A DNA stretch of 34,305 nt from positions 1 to 34,305 of the IMG/VR virus record IMGVR_UViG_3300032235_000429. One strand, written 5' to 3'. Each line of letters opens with the position of its first letter. Within the stretch, counting starts at the first letter, position 1. The position numbers were made by a program, and so were the translations under genes. The notes beneath the pieces were generated by a model. It saw nothing but the letters and a program-made list of their open reading frames with translations. It was not told the DNA's origin and did no database searches. The stretch comes from a virus. Its lineage: Duplodnaviria > Caudoviricetes. Positions 1 to 10,065 of this stretch are shown piece by piece.

Positions 1-1
1 A

Positions 2-493
2 CGTGACGGCCGGTTAGTCAAACACAACAGTGGCATCTATGTAACAGACATTCCGGTAGATCCTTTTACAGGACAAGCCGCTGTAGACTATCAAGCAGCA
101 GAACTTCGTGGCTATGTCAAACTGGACTTGCTCAATGTGTCTTTATATACGCAGATAACTAGTGAAGAACATTTACAGCAATTGATGACTGTAGAGCCAG
201 CTTGGGATAGATTATATGATCCAGAGTTCTTTGCTAGACTAATACATGTAGGCAGTCACTATGATACACTGTTAAAAATGCCTGAAGCAGTTAATACGAT
301 ACCACGTATGGCTATGTTTTTAAGTGTAATACGTCCGGCTAAACGTCATTTAATTGGCAAAAAGTGGGCAGAAGTTGCTGCCACTGTGTGGGATAAACCT
401 AGTGATGATGGGTATTATTTCAAGAAAAGCCACGCTGTCAGCTACGCACACCTAGTGGTAGTTAACATGAATCTACTTACCCAACCTTCCTGA
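2..493 (+). CDS. Shortened DNA polymerase III alpha (DnaE/family C)-like protein, 5' end outside window
   Basis: Frame is open from base 2: RDGRLVKHNSGIYVTD...GYVKLDLLNV...FLSVIRPA...YYFKKSHAVSYA. These match the DnaE motifs HAxGvvi, GxxKxDxLGL, alxRPG and YgFNKSHaxaYa in order. Confidence 0.75.
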   Translation, partial: RDGRLVKHNSGIYVTDIPVDPFTGQAAVDYQAAELRGYVKLDLLNVSLYTQITSEEHLQQLMTVEPAWDRLYDPEFFARLIHVGSHYDTLLKMPEAVNTIPRMAMFLSVIRPAKRHLIGKKWAEVAATVWDKPSDDGYYFKKSHAVSYAHLVVVNMNLLTQPS

Positions 494-851
494 TAAGTGT
501 AATACTGCGGCGTTTGCTGCGCTTGGCACTGATCTCTTTAAGGCTCACATAGGGTCCAAATTTAATCTGTACATCTTTGCTGTTCATGGTCTTTAAAACG
601 GGTTTAAATGGCGACCAGTCCTCACGTAAAAACACGTTAATAGGCACAAGTCTATTACTCTCCCACCACCATGTTTCTGCCATCAAAAGGAACTGATTCT
701 TCTGTTCTATCGTCTTCAAGGCACCGTAATCGTAGATAGTTGTTATAAGATCATCAACGTTTTGTACTACGCCAATGTAATCATTGCCCCCGTACACCAA
801 ATAGGTTAAAAACGGGTATTGTTCTAAAAGCTGTGTGTAGTTTGGTTCCAA
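477..851 (-). CDS. Hypothetical phage protein (only credible minus-strand gene)
   Basis: 124 aa ORF with TTG start. It fills the gap between two + genes, has globular composition and has a minus-strand TATAAATA at 889-896. Confidence 0.75.
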   Translation of the reverse strand: MEPNYTQLLEQYPFLTYLVYGGNDYIGVVQNVDDLITTIYDYGALKTIEQKNQFLLMAETWWWESNRLVPINVFLREDWSPFKPVLKTMNSKDVQIKFGPYVSLKEISAKRSKRRSITLIRKVG

Positions 852-858
852 GATTTTT

Positions 859-866
859 TATAAATA
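859..866 (+). promoter_or_regulatory. T4-late-like promoter TATAAATA
   Basis: Exact T4 gp55 consensus, 4 nt before ATG 871. Confidence 0.65.
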
Positions 867-870
867 CATA

Positions 871-1362
871 ATGCAACAAATTCAAAGTTATTTATATCCA
901 AATATTATCGTGGTTCAATTTCTTGACCCCACGATTTTTTCGCCAAGGAACAGACCTGTGTACAGCCGTCCGATTAAAGTCTATCAAGGCATAGACAATC
1001 CCCTACAAGTTGTGGTTAAAAACCAAGATCAAAAGCCGGTTGATGTAACTGGCTATCTAGTACAGTTAGATATCCAAGACCCTGAATCAAAGGGCAGTAT
1101 GGAGAGCTTGCCTGTAGAAATTACTAATGCTAGCCTAGGACAAGGCACAGTGACTATTTCCCGCGATGTAGTTAATAGCTTGGACCAACGCCGATACAAG
1201 ATTACAATTAAACTGATCAATCAGGGCACAAACGCAGAACGCCCACTTTACACAGATGCAAACTTTGGCGCATCAGTAGATTTAGAAGTATTGCCAGGCT
1301 GGTACGAAACTATGCCAAGAACACTGGACAGCGACGAAGTACTAGATGCAGGAACAATATAA
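871..1362 (+). CDS. Probable virion structural protein (beta-sandwich, baseplate/fibre-attachment-like)
   Basis: 163 aa beta-rich ORF (IKVYQGIDNPLQVVVKNQDQKPVDVTG) heading a tail gene block behind a late promoter. Confidence 0.55.
   Translation: MQQIQSYLYPNIIVVQFLDPTIFSPRNRPVYSRPIKVYQGIDNPLQVVVKNQDQKPVDVTGYLVQLDIQDPESKGSMESLPVEITNASLGQGTVTISRDVVNSLDQRRYKITIKLINQGTNAERPLYTDANFGASVDLEVLPGWYETMPRTLDSDEVLDAGTI
889..896 (-). promoter_or_regulatory. T4-late-like promoter TATAAATA on the minus strand
   Basis: Plus strand reads tatttata; lies upstream of minus-strand ORF 851..477. Confidence 0.55.
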
Positions 1363-1619
1363 TGACAATAAATTACAGTAAGCAAGTTTTAGTAAAAAGA
1401 GGTAATACCTCAGTTAGCAGCAGTTATACAGGTCCGTTGGGTGAAATTACCTATGACACGGACCTAAATACATTAAGAGTACATAACGGAGAACAAGTAG
1501 GAGGATACTTAATAGCATCCTATGCTCAACTATCGTCAGAGTTTGAATTAGATGGCGGCGACGCCTTTACGAATTATACAGCAGAAATAAATGTCGATGG
1601 AGGCGACGCAAATGGCTAA
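1362..1619 (+). CDS. Small protein with fibre N-terminal (Mtd_N-like) domain
   Basis: VKRG...YTGPLGEITYDTDLNTLRVHNG motif and C-terminal LDGGDA/VDGGDA repeats. Confidence 0.65.
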   Translation: MTINYSKQVLVKRGNTSVSSSYTGPLGEITYDTDLNTLRVHNGEQVGGYLIASYAQLSSEFELDGGDAFTNYTAEINVDGGDANG

Positions 1620-4600
1620 AATTAAATTAAGAAGAGATACCGCAGCGAATTGGACAACAGCGAACGTAGTTCTAGCACAAGGAGAACCCGGAGTTGATCT
1701 AACAAACAAAAAGATGAAGATAGGCGATGGCATTACTGCTTGGAACAGCTTGCCTTATTTTGACGACCAGGAGACAGTGCTTACAGATTTTGCTGGAAAT
1801 ATCACGCCCTCTGTGGACGATACTTACACTCTTGGTACACCATCTAAACGCTGGAAAGACCTGTTTGTAGCCAATGCCAGTATCTACATTGGCGATGTTA
1901 AACTATCAAACGTTGGCGGTAAACTTACTGCTACAAAAGTTATTAATCCTGGCGAAGAAAACGAAGAGGAAGATCCAGAAGATTCAGATGCTACTAGTGA
2001 TATCGGTGGTGCTGCTGATTTAGGTTCGTTTACTATGGATGGCAATGTAATTGATGTAGAGTCTGGTACAGACATTTATATTGAAACATACGAAACTGAT
2101 GGCGACGGTGAAAGCAGATTAATATTAAAGCCACAGGATGACGACGGCGGAGATAATCCAACTCGCATTGAAGGTTCGTACGGTGTAGGCATTTGGTCCA
2201 ATACTACCAGCAGTGGCGACAGTGTTAACAAATGGTTGTTTGGCACAGATGGTTGGTTGAGTTTTCCAGGCACATTCCCTAGCGGAGCGATTGGCTACGA
2301 CGATGATACAGAAACACTACAACTAGCACGATTTGGTGGCGTTTCTTTATACTCACAAGCAGGTGCTTGGGTATTTGGTCAAGACGGTAATTTACAGTTA
2401 CCACCAAATGGTGACATTGTTGACAGCAACGGTGATTCAGTGTTAGGTGGTGGCGGAGTTGCTAGTCTCACAGACGACAAGGAAGTCAAAGTTACTGTGG
2501 GCAACACAGAATACTGGGCTATTGTAAATCGTTCTAATAACGATGATAGCGGTGTAGAATCTCAGGCTGTGGCCTACGACAGCGAAGACAACATGATTGT
2601 GCTACACGTTAGAAATGCTAGTACTGATCAAGGCGGAGAAAAAATAGTTATCAGCAAGTTTGATACCACAGCCACACTACTATGGCAAAAACAACTCAGT
2701 AGTGATGCTGACACTACCCAAGGGGCACACGATCTTCTAGTAGACGACGATGACAACATTTTCATTGCTCATACTGCTGACAACGGAAGTGCCATTGACA
2801 ACATTGTTGTCCTGAAACTTGATTCCAATGGAGCGATTTTATGGCAAAAGAGTTATCAAGGTGACATAACATCAATCGTTGATAACACCAATATATACGT
2901 TGATCCTACTACTGTTTCTACTACTACCTTTGGAGGCAATCCTGCCCAAAGTATAACACTAAACGACATTTATTCCTATAGTGCTGTTGGTCATGCGTTT
3001 AGCTCAACTACCAATGGTACTGATTGGACCTACATAGGAACCGTGATAGGCGAAACTAAAAATAACAACAACGGAACAACTACTCTTTATTTTGCCGCTG
3101 CAACATTTGAAGGTGATTTAGACGAAGCCACCTACGATTATAAATTAAACGGAACTGCTGTTAATACTTGGCACGAACTAGGTGCCATGACCTGTGATGG
3201 CACAGACATTTACTTTGCTGGAGAGTTTGAAGAAAGTGTTGACGTAGGCGATCCAAGAGCTTGGATAACCAAAGTATCAGGCACTAATGGTGCTGTGGTA
3301 TGGAGTCAATACTTTACCTGGGCTGGCAACTCACAGGTTTATGGTATTGATGTAGGTGCTGACGGTGATGTAGTAGCAGTGGGAAGATTAGACACTCCTG
3401 GACCTACCGTTGCTTTTGTCAGCAAGTTTGATGGCGAAGATGGCTCACATGTTTGGTCTACATTTGTAGCAGATCTTGTTGACGAGGATGGTCATACCGG
3501 TGGTGACGTGGTCGTTGACAGTCAAAACAATATATTTGTCAGTATTAACAGCAACAGACCAATATCAACCGATAACGACGATACAGATTACAATACCATA
3601 GCACATATAATAAAATTTAACAGTAGCGGTGCCGAGCAGTGGACACGCAGAGTTGGTCCTGGACCGTGTGCTTCGGTGGCCACGGGTATTGACTGTGATT
3701 CGTCAGGCAATGTGTTTCTAAGTGCCCTAACAGCGACCAATGCTAGATCCGGTCGAGACATTGACGACATTGACGGTCTTACTGCTAGAAGCGTGTTGGC
3801 TGTGGTCAAGTATTCTACCGCAGGCACAGTGTTATGGCAGAGATATATTGAAACAGAAGGCTACGAATTTATATCCAGCAGCAACGATGGCGGCGGAACT
3901 CCTGGACAGAATTTTAATTATGGTGAAAACAGAGGTAGATACCTTAGCCTCAACAATTCAGGCAAATTGGCTGTACAGGTCACTGTGCGTCAACTTGATC
4001 CAGATGGCAATTGGTTCAATACCCAATACAACGAAAGCATAACTTTCCAAATTGATCAAGACGGTCGTGAAATGACCGTTGGCAGTGGCAGTGAAAAGTT
4101 CACAGTCAAAGAAAGCCGCATTCCAGGCAAGATGGTCACATTGCCTATAACTGCTCCTGCAGTTGAAACTGAGCCTGCTATAACTGATCTAGCCGACGAT
4201 TTAACAGTGACCACAACCACACATACTCTAAGTGAAGGTGAAATGGCACAGTTAATCGTTAAGTCAGCACCTTATGAATATGTGTTTGGTAATGATGGTA
4301 CACTGACTATTCCCAATGACGGTGATATTAAACTTGTTCAAACACAAATTGGTTGGTTCTCAATATTTGGTCCAACAGACAACGACAATGATGATGTTTG
4401 GATTCGTGCTAACTGCGTAGATCCTGCCACAGGCGACGTTTATGTAGTAGGTCAAGAGGACGTCAATCAGCGTGGTTTTGTAGCACAGTACAACAAACAA
4501 GGCCAGGTTCAATGGAGCATAAGACTCAATGACAATGACGAAGGCTATAACACTAGATGTAATGCTGTTAAACTAAATCCTGTTACAGGTAATCTAAATG

Positions 4601-6840
4601 TACTGTGTGAATACTATGGAAATCAAACTGGCGCATTGATGGTAGAGATTGACCCAGACACTGCTCAGGTAGTTAACAGTTTTGGTTTCCGTGATCAAAA
4701 TGAAAATAGTGATGTTCAAGCCTATGACTTTGATTACTTTAGCAATGGTGATGTGGCAGTAGTAGGTCGCAAGTATGATGAATTTAACAGTATCAGTGTA
4801 GTACCCCAAACAGGCAGCGGTGTTAGCACATTGATTATTCTAAACAGTGCTACAGCATCTAACGCTGTGCATCCTGTACAAAACAGTTGGTATGTTTCAG
4901 GTACAGGTATCACAGGACGTGCTGCAGTACAGTATGTAAATCGCTATACTGGTGTGACTGGTACAACCAGACAAGGTTCAGGTGCTGTGTTTAGCATAAC
5001 TATTGGAGGGTCTGGGCCATATACTTACGAAAGCGTCACAGCAACCACAGCAGGTACTAACTATCGTGTGGGACACAAAATCAAGATTTTAGGTACAGAT
5101 CTTGAAGGACTGACCCCAACCAACGATGCTATTATTGAAGTCACTGAGATCAACGGGTCAGGCGGAATCACTGCTGCCACCATATCTGGAACTTATGGAA
5201 ACGCACAAGCCGCTCCGTATACATATACAGGCAAAACTGGCACCAACCACAATGTGGGCAGTGGTGCTACATTTGATGTAACTGTAGACGATTCTGGAGC
5301 ATTTGCGATTGATACCATTTCTGCTGCAGGTACAAATTATGTAGAAAACGATTATATAACTATTTTAGGAACTGTGTTTGCTGGTGGTACAGCACCAGCA
5401 AATAATTTATCTCTAGTAGTAGGTTCTGTAAGTACTGGAGGAATATCTACTATATCAAGTGCTTCAGGTTCTGCACCAACTACTCACCGTAAGATTGAAA
5501 TCAGCGATAGTGTAGACTTCGGCGGAACAGGTTCTTGGTCAGTGGTTCACGATCTAGGTGGCGAAGCATTTATAGTACGCTATGATAACGAAGGTGGTAT
5601 AACTTGGAGCAAGGTGTTAAGCGGTGGCGGTCAATATGACAGTGGCGAACGCTACTACTCAGTGGCTATAGACTCTAGCAACAATGTCTATGCCGCAGGT
5701 GAGATGTATTCAAGAGGCAGTGCAACAATTGGTGACCTTGTCAGTTATCAATGTGCTGTGGTCAGTAAGTTCAACAGCGCAGGTGTCCCTCAGTGGCACA
5801 AGGTGTTAAACGATACACTCAATGACTGTTCTGCTAAATCAGTGGTAGTACGCGGCACTACTGTAGTAGTATCGCACTTTAACTTAAACAACTTTGACAC
5901 TGTGATTACCAAGTTGGACACAACTGGGGTTATCAAATGGCAGAGAGTTACTGATTCAAACGATGACAGTTCAGTAGCTATTGACACCAACGGTGACATC
6001 TATGCCGTTGTAGAAGCCAACTTAGAAAACAAATATGAGGACATTATCAAACTGATCAAGTTTGCCACTAACGGTGAGATTGTGTGGCGTAAGTTTCTTG
6101 GTACTTTGGTCTATGACTACGGTGGCACACACGAATATTTCAAGAACGGTCGCAACTTGACCATTGACGCAGATCACATGTACATCTCAGGTTATACCAC
6201 AGCATTTGCCAACAACTTTGACTGTGGGTTCCTAGTTAAACTACCTAAGACTGGGGACTTTGACGGTTCGTACGGTGCTTGGGGAGTACAGGTTGACATG
6301 TATAACGTGCTTAAAGTTGTCAACACTGAGGCCACAACATTTACACCTACAGTGAATACTGGCAATTGGGAATCATGGAATCCAAACTTTGAGACTAATT
6401 GGTGGGATCCAAGTGGCAACAGTTACTATCATACTCTAAATGAAATACATGATAGAGATGGTGGTGCTATTGAGTTCGCAGACGGAACTCGTCAGACTTC
6501 ATCCGCACAGCAGATCCCACAAGTTCCAATAACCAATGGCGCAGATCATAGATTATGCTTAGAAGACATGGGTAAACATATCTATGTTACTAACAACAAT
6601 ACTAGCATTACGGTTCCTTACAATGATGACGCACAATTACCAATTGGGTTTACTGTGGTTATTGTTAATAACAGTGGCAGCGTAATCAACATAGATGGCG
6701 ACGGCGGTGGTGTAGGTATAATAGTTCCTGGCGTAGCTACTAGTTCTTACTGGGACTTGAGTAGCCCTGGTATGGCCACATTGATCAAAGTTGATTACGA
6801 CACTTGGTTTATGACTGGCAACGTTACAGATGACAGTTAA
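1612..6840 (+). CDS. Large tail fibre/adhesin with Mtd_N-like N-terminus and multiple beta-propeller repeats
   Basis: Start 1612 (MAKIKLRRDTAANW...LAQGEPG...KIGDG) follows GGAGG. Repeated blades of the type iiKfdsxGxxxWqr...vavDsxxNiyv; three W/YxFGxDGxLxxP spacers. Confidence 0.8.
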   Translation: MAKIKLRRDTAANWTTANVVLAQGEPGVDLTNKKMKIGDGITAWNSLPYFDDQETVLTDFAGNITPSVDDTYTLGTPSKRWKDLFVANASIYIGDVKLSNVGGKLTATKVINPGEENEEEDPEDSDATSDIGGAADLGSFTMDGNVIDVESGTDIYIETYETDGDGESRLILKPQDDDGGDNPTRIEGSYGVGIWSNTTSSGDSVNKWLFGTDGWLSFPGTFPSGAIGYDDDTETLQLARFGGVSLYSQAGAWVFGQDGNLQLPPNGDIVDSNGDSVLGGGGVASLTDDKEVKVTVGNTEYWAIVNRSNNDDSGVESQAVAYDSEDNMIVLHVRNASTDQGGEKIVISKFDTTATLLWQKQLSSDADTTQGAHDLLVDDDDNIFIAHTADNGSAIDNIVVLKLDSNGAILWQKSYQGDITSIVDNTNIYVDPTTVSTTTFGGNPAQSITLNDIYSYSAVGHAFSSTTNGTDWTYIGTVIGETKNNNNGTTTLYFAAATFEGDLDEATYDYKLNGTAVNTWHELGAMTCDGTDIYFAGEFEESVDVGDPRAWITKVSGTNGAVVWSQYFTWAGNSQVYGIDVGADGDVVAVGRLDTPGPTVAFVSKFDGEDGSHVWSTFVADLVDEDGHTGGDVVVDSQNNIFVSINSNRPISTDNDDTDYNTIAHIIKFNSSGAEQWTRRVGPGPCASVATGIDCDSSGNVFLSALTATNARSGRDIDDIDGLTARSVLAVVKYSTAGTVLWQRYIETEGYEFISSSNDGGGTPGQNFNYGENRGRYLSLNNSGKLAVQVTVRQLDPDGNWFNTQYNESITFQIDQDGREMTVGSGSEKFTVKESRIPGKMVTLPITAPAVETEPAITDLADDLTVTTTTHTLSEGEMAQLIVKSAPYEYVFGNDGTLTIPNDGDIKLVQTQIGWFSIFGPTDNDNDDVWIRANCVDPATGDVYVVGQEDVNQRGFVAQYNKQGQVQWSIRLNDNDEGYNTRCNAVKLNPVTGNLNVLCEYYGNQTGALMVEIDPDTAQVVNSFGFRDQNENSDVQAYDFDYFSNGDVAVVGRKYDEFNSISVVPQTGSGVSTLIILNSATASNAVHPVQNSWYVSGTGITGRAAVQYVNRYTGVTGTTRQGSGAVFSITIGGSGPYTYESVTATTAGTNYRVGHKIKILGTDLEGLTPTNDAIIEVTEINGSGGITAATISGTYGNAQAAPYTYTGKTGTNHNVGSGATFDVTVDDSGAFAIDTISAAGTNYVENDYITILGTVFAGGTAPANNLSLVVGSVSTGGISTISSASGSAPTTHRKIEISDSVDFGGTGSWSVVHDLGGEAFIVRYDNEGGITWSKVLSGGGQYDSGERYYSVAIDSSNNVYAAGEMYSRGSATIGDLVSYQCAVVSKFNSAGVPQWHKVLNDTLNDCSAKSVVVRGTTVVVSHFNLNNFDTVITKLDTTGVIKWQRVTDSNDDSSVAIDTNGDIYAVVEANLENKYEDIIKLIKFATNGEIVWRKFLGTLVYDYGGTHEYFKNGRNLTIDADHMYISGYTTAFANNFDCGFLVKLPKTGDFDGSYGAWGVQVDMYNVLKVVNTEATTFTPTVNTGNWESWNPNFETNWWDPSGNSYYHTLNEIHDRDGGAIEFADGTRQTSSAQQIPQVPITNGADHRLCLEDMGKHIYVTNNNTSITVPYNDDAQLPIGFTVVIVNNSGSVINIDGDGGGVGIIVPGVATSSYWDLSSPGMATLIKVDYDTWFMTGNVTDDS

Positions 6841-6849
6841 GGAATTATC

Positions 6850-7848
6850 ATGCCAATAACGCAAGTATTATTAACGGCCAGCAAGAACGAACCAACTATC
6901 GCTTGGAACAGCATTGATTACACAACAGTCAATGAAGGCCAGCAAAACACAGTCTATCTAGACTTTACTAACTGGGACAACACCACAGTCTATTGGTATT
7001 TGGTTGATGCTAACGATAATGAAATAACCGGACAAACATCATCCGCAAACGCTGGAACATTCAGCCCCGGCACAGGTACCTATTTAAACTACTCTAGTTT
7101 TAATTTCACCTTTGCCAATGATAGTACTACTGACGGAGAACTAACATATTACATTCGTATAGAAAATGAATTTGGTCAACTGCTAGTGCCTCGACAAGGA
7201 GCATTTACAGTTAATGACACCAGTTTTGCCATAGGTGGAACACTGTCAGTTAACGGTACTTCATTTAACTGGACTACAACCAATGCTGCATCACCTACCT
7301 ACGCAGCATACACATTCCCAAACAATACAAGTGGGTCGGTACATACGCTTACTGGCACACAGTATGTGCTATCTCCTCAGTTTGGTGTTGCACCAACACT
7401 CAATTTCAACCTGTGGTTCTATCCCACAGCCAACAATACGATCATATTAGGTGAACTGGGACAGACTACAGAAAACAGCAACTGGCACTTGACTTTGTTA
7501 GAGATCAATAGTTCTAACAAATTAAAAGGCAGAATATGGGAGATGCTGAGTGGAGTTACATCCACAGGATCTGTAAATCTAAATGCTTGGAATCACGTTT
7601 ACTTTTACTATGACCACGGAACTACAACATTTGGCATGAGTCTGAACAATGAAACACCAGTAACACAGGGTAGTGTAACTAGACATGTTAGCGATACCGG
7701 TGCTACATTCTGGGGCATTGGACTCTATGACCCTGGCACTAATATGGGTTCCAGTGCTAGATATCAAGGCAAGTTTGATGGATTAGTTATCAACACCTCA
7801 ATCGTTGGGTCAAACTACGAGTCTACTAAATCAAAATTTGGTCTCTAA
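6850..7848 (+). CDS. Virion protein with C-terminal concanavalin A/LamG-like lectin domain
   Basis: FNLWFYPT...VNLNAWNHVYFYY...YQGKFDGL pattern; Ig-like N-terminal part (TVNEGQ...FTFANDSTTDG). Confidence 0.7.
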   Translation: MPITQVLLTASKNEPTIAWNSIDYTTVNEGQQNTVYLDFTNWDNTTVYWYLVDANDNEITGQTSSANAGTFSPGTGTYLNYSSFNFTFANDSTTDGELTYYIRIENEFGQLLVPRQGAFTVNDTSFAIGGTLSVNGTSFNWTTTNAASPTYAAYTFPNNTSGSVHTLTGTQYVLSPQFGVAPTLNFNLWFYPTANNTIILGELGQTTENSNWHLTLLEINSSNKLKGRIWEMLSGVTSTGSVNLNAWNHVYFYYDHGTTTFGMSLNNETPVTQGSVTRHVSDTGATFWGIGLYDPGTNMGSSARYQGKFDGLVINTSIVGSNYESTKSKFGL

Positions 7849-7854
7849 AGAAAT

Positions 7855-8319
7855 ATGATGTTTGAACAACACCGTCTTGCGGTTGATCCAGGCCTAGTAG
7901 AAGAAGTTGTACGACTCTACAGAGACCTGGACAACGCTCGTGGAGGTGAATACGGAACTTGGCACAGTCGTAGGATTAGAACCAATCCCTATCCGTGGTT
8001 TACGAGTACGTTTAACAGTGTGGCAGAAACAGCCGCGCTAAAAGGATTGGCTATAGACGAGTGGTGGTTCAACTGTGGTGCTCCCGGTGATGAATATCGT
8101 TGGCACAGTCATAATCCTTGTCCATGGGCTGGTGTGCTTTACATTCAAACACCTGCAAACTCTGGTGGTATAGAGTTTAAAAAAATGGGCGAGTTCTTTA
8201 CCTTTCAACCCGCAGTGGGCGATTTCCTGCTATTTCCTGGTACTCTAGCACATAGAGTGTTAAAGAATCAAAGTGCGGATTTTAGAATCAGTGCGGCCTT
8301 CAATTTTCTCAATAAGTAA
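7855..8319 (+). CDS. Putative 2OG-Fe(II) oxygenase
   Basis: WFN...WHSH...AGVLYI...PAVGDFLLFPGTLAHRV...RISAAFN, typical of phage 2OG-Fe(II) oxygenase-like proteins. Confidence 0.8.
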   Translation: MMFEQHRLAVDPGLVEEVVRLYRDLDNARGGEYGTWHSRRIRTNPYPWFTSTFNSVAETAALKGLAIDEWWFNCGAPGDEYRWHSHNPCPWAGVLYIQTPANSGGIEFKKMGEFFTFQPAVGDFLLFPGTLAHRVLKNQSADFRISAAFNFLNK

Positions 8320-8325
8320 TAGTCT

Positions 8326-9027
8326 ATGACAGAACTAATTTATACTCTTGTGGTAACACACATAACCATTGCCTGTGTTACACTTTACCTACACCGCAGT
8401 CAAGCACACCGTTCAGTAACCTTTCACCCAGTGATTGCTCACTTTATGAGATTCTGGTTATGGTTAACCACAGGCATGACTACAAAGGCTTGGGTAGCAG
8501 TGCATCGCAAACATCATCAAAACACAGACCAAGAAGGTGATCCACACAGCCCACATGTATTTGGTATATGGAGATTATTAACTGGTGGGTGGAGCCTGTA
8601 TCATGAAGCCAGCAAAGATCCTGCCATGGTGATCAAATACGGCATAGGCACACCAAGAGATAGAATAGAAACATTTTATACTCGATATCATCAATGGGGT
8701 CTACTAGTGATGTTGTTTATAAATCTTGCACTGTTTGGTGCTTGGGGATTTCTTATCTGGGGTATACAAATGTTATGGATACCATTCTGGGCAGCAGGTG
8801 TGATCAACGGCCTGGCACACTGGTGGGGATATAGAAATGGAGAGACTCAAGATCATAGTCGAAACATTTTTCCCTGGGGTATATTGGTTGGCGGCGAAGA
8901 ACTACACAACAATCATCATTTAGAGTCTGCTAGTGCCAAGTTTAGTCGTAAATGGTTTGAGTTCGACATTGGTTGGTTATACATACAAATTTTACGCTCA
9001 TTACACTTGGCAACTGTTAAAAAATAG
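8326..9027 (+). CDS. Membrane fatty acid desaturase (delta-9/OLE1-like)
   Basis: Three His boxes HRSQAH, HRKHH and HNNHH; DPHSP motif; hydrophobic segments. Confidence 0.93.
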   Translation: MTELIYTLVVTHITIACVTLYLHRSQAHRSVTFHPVIAHFMRFWLWLTTGMTTKAWVAVHRKHHQNTDQEGDPHSPHVFGIWRLLTGGWSLYHEASKDPAMVIKYGIGTPRDRIETFYTRYHQWGLLVMLFINLALFGAWGFLIWGIQMLWIPFWAAGVINGLAHWWGYRNGETQDHSRNIFPWGILVGGEELHNNHHLESASAKFSRKWFEFDIGWLYIQILRSLHLATVKK

Positions 9028-9035
9028 CGTATAAT
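9007..9035 (+). promoter_or_regulatory. Sigma70-like promoter for primase
   Basis: TTGGCA(9007)-17 nt-TATAAT(9030); ATG 6 nt after the -10 box. Confidence 0.6.
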
Positions 9036-9041
9036 ACTAGG

Positions 9042-10064
9042 ATGCTAACAACGATCCAAGACTCCGTTTTACAGTTACTTCCGGCCAAGAAAAAGACTGG
9101 ACAAAACGGATGGATCAGTTTTAATGCTCCATGTTGTTCACACAATGGTGAAAGTGCAGACACACGTGGACGTGGTGGGCTCAAAACCGAAGCAGGCCGT
9201 GTAAGTTATCATTGTTTCAATTGCCAATTCAAAGCCAGTTATCAACCGGGTCGTCATTTAAACTACAAGTTTCGTAAATTTTTATCTTGGCTAGGTGCCG
9301 ACGACAATACAGTACGCAAATTGGTTATTGATGCAGTACGTTTAAAAGATCTAGTAGCACCCGAACAAGCGCCGGAACCTGAACAAGAAATCAAGTTCGA
9401 AGCACGAGCACTACCTGACAATGCCAAGAACATAAATGACCTAGCAACATTTTATAGTCTAGCTGACTATTCGGGTGTGCCGCCTGAATACTTTGCTAGT
9501 GTAGAATACATAGTGCAGAGACAAATTTCTAATAAAAAGTATGATTTCTACTGGACACCAGAAGAAGCATACAACATGCATCGTAGAATCATTATTCCTT
9601 TTTACTATGAACGACAAATAGTTGGCTATACTGCTAGAGCTATCGTGGATGGTATCAAGCCCAAGTATTATAGTAGTCACCCTGCAGACTTTGTGTTTAA
9701 CTTAGACACACAACAAACAGACTGGAAGTTTGTGTTAGTATGTGAAGGACCATTTGATGCAATGAGTGTAGATGGTGTAGCACTTAACGGTAGTGAAGTG
9801 TCAGACCAACAAGCAGAACTAATTGATAGATTGCAGCGTGAAGTCATTGTAGTTCCGGATGCAGACCGTGCAGGCAGTAAACTGGTCAACCGTGCAATAG
9901 AGCTAGGTTGGACTGTTAGTTTTCCTGTATGGCAGGAAACTTGCAAAGATATTAATGAAGCAGTATTACGATATGGTAAGTTATTTGTAGTAAAAGCAAT
10001 ACTAGCGGCTAGAGAAACAAACAAGTTAAAAATTGAACTAAAGAAGAAAAAACTATATAGTTAA
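9042..10064 (+). CDS. DNA primase (T4 gp61-like, Zn ribbon + TOPRIM)
   Basis: N-terminal PCC...YHCFNC; RIIIPF, GYTAR, VCEGPFDAM, PDADRAG and KDINE motifs; adjacent to helicase. Confidence 0.9.
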   Translation: MLTTIQDSVLQLLPAKKKTGQNGWISFNAPCCSHNGESADTRGRGGLKTEAGRVSYHCFNCQFKASYQPGRHLNYKFRKFLSWLGADDNTVRKLVIDAVRLKDLVAPEQAPEPEQEIKFEARALPDNAKNINDLATFYSLADYSGVPPEYFASVEYIVQRQISNKKYDFYWTPEEAYNMHRRIIIPFYYERQIVGYTARAIVDGIKPKYYSSHPADFVFNLDTQQTDWKFVLVCEGPFDAMSVDGVALNGSEVSDQQAELIDRLQREVIVVPDADRAGSKLVNRAIELGWTVSFPVWQETCKDINEAVLRYGKLFVVKAILAARETNKLKIELKKKKLYS

Positions 10065-10065
10065 T

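Noticed and set aside
1362-6840. Diversity-generating retroelement suggested by Mtd_N-like domains
   Set aside because: No reverse transcriptase, no TR/VR repeat pair and no C-type lectin variable domain seen in the window.
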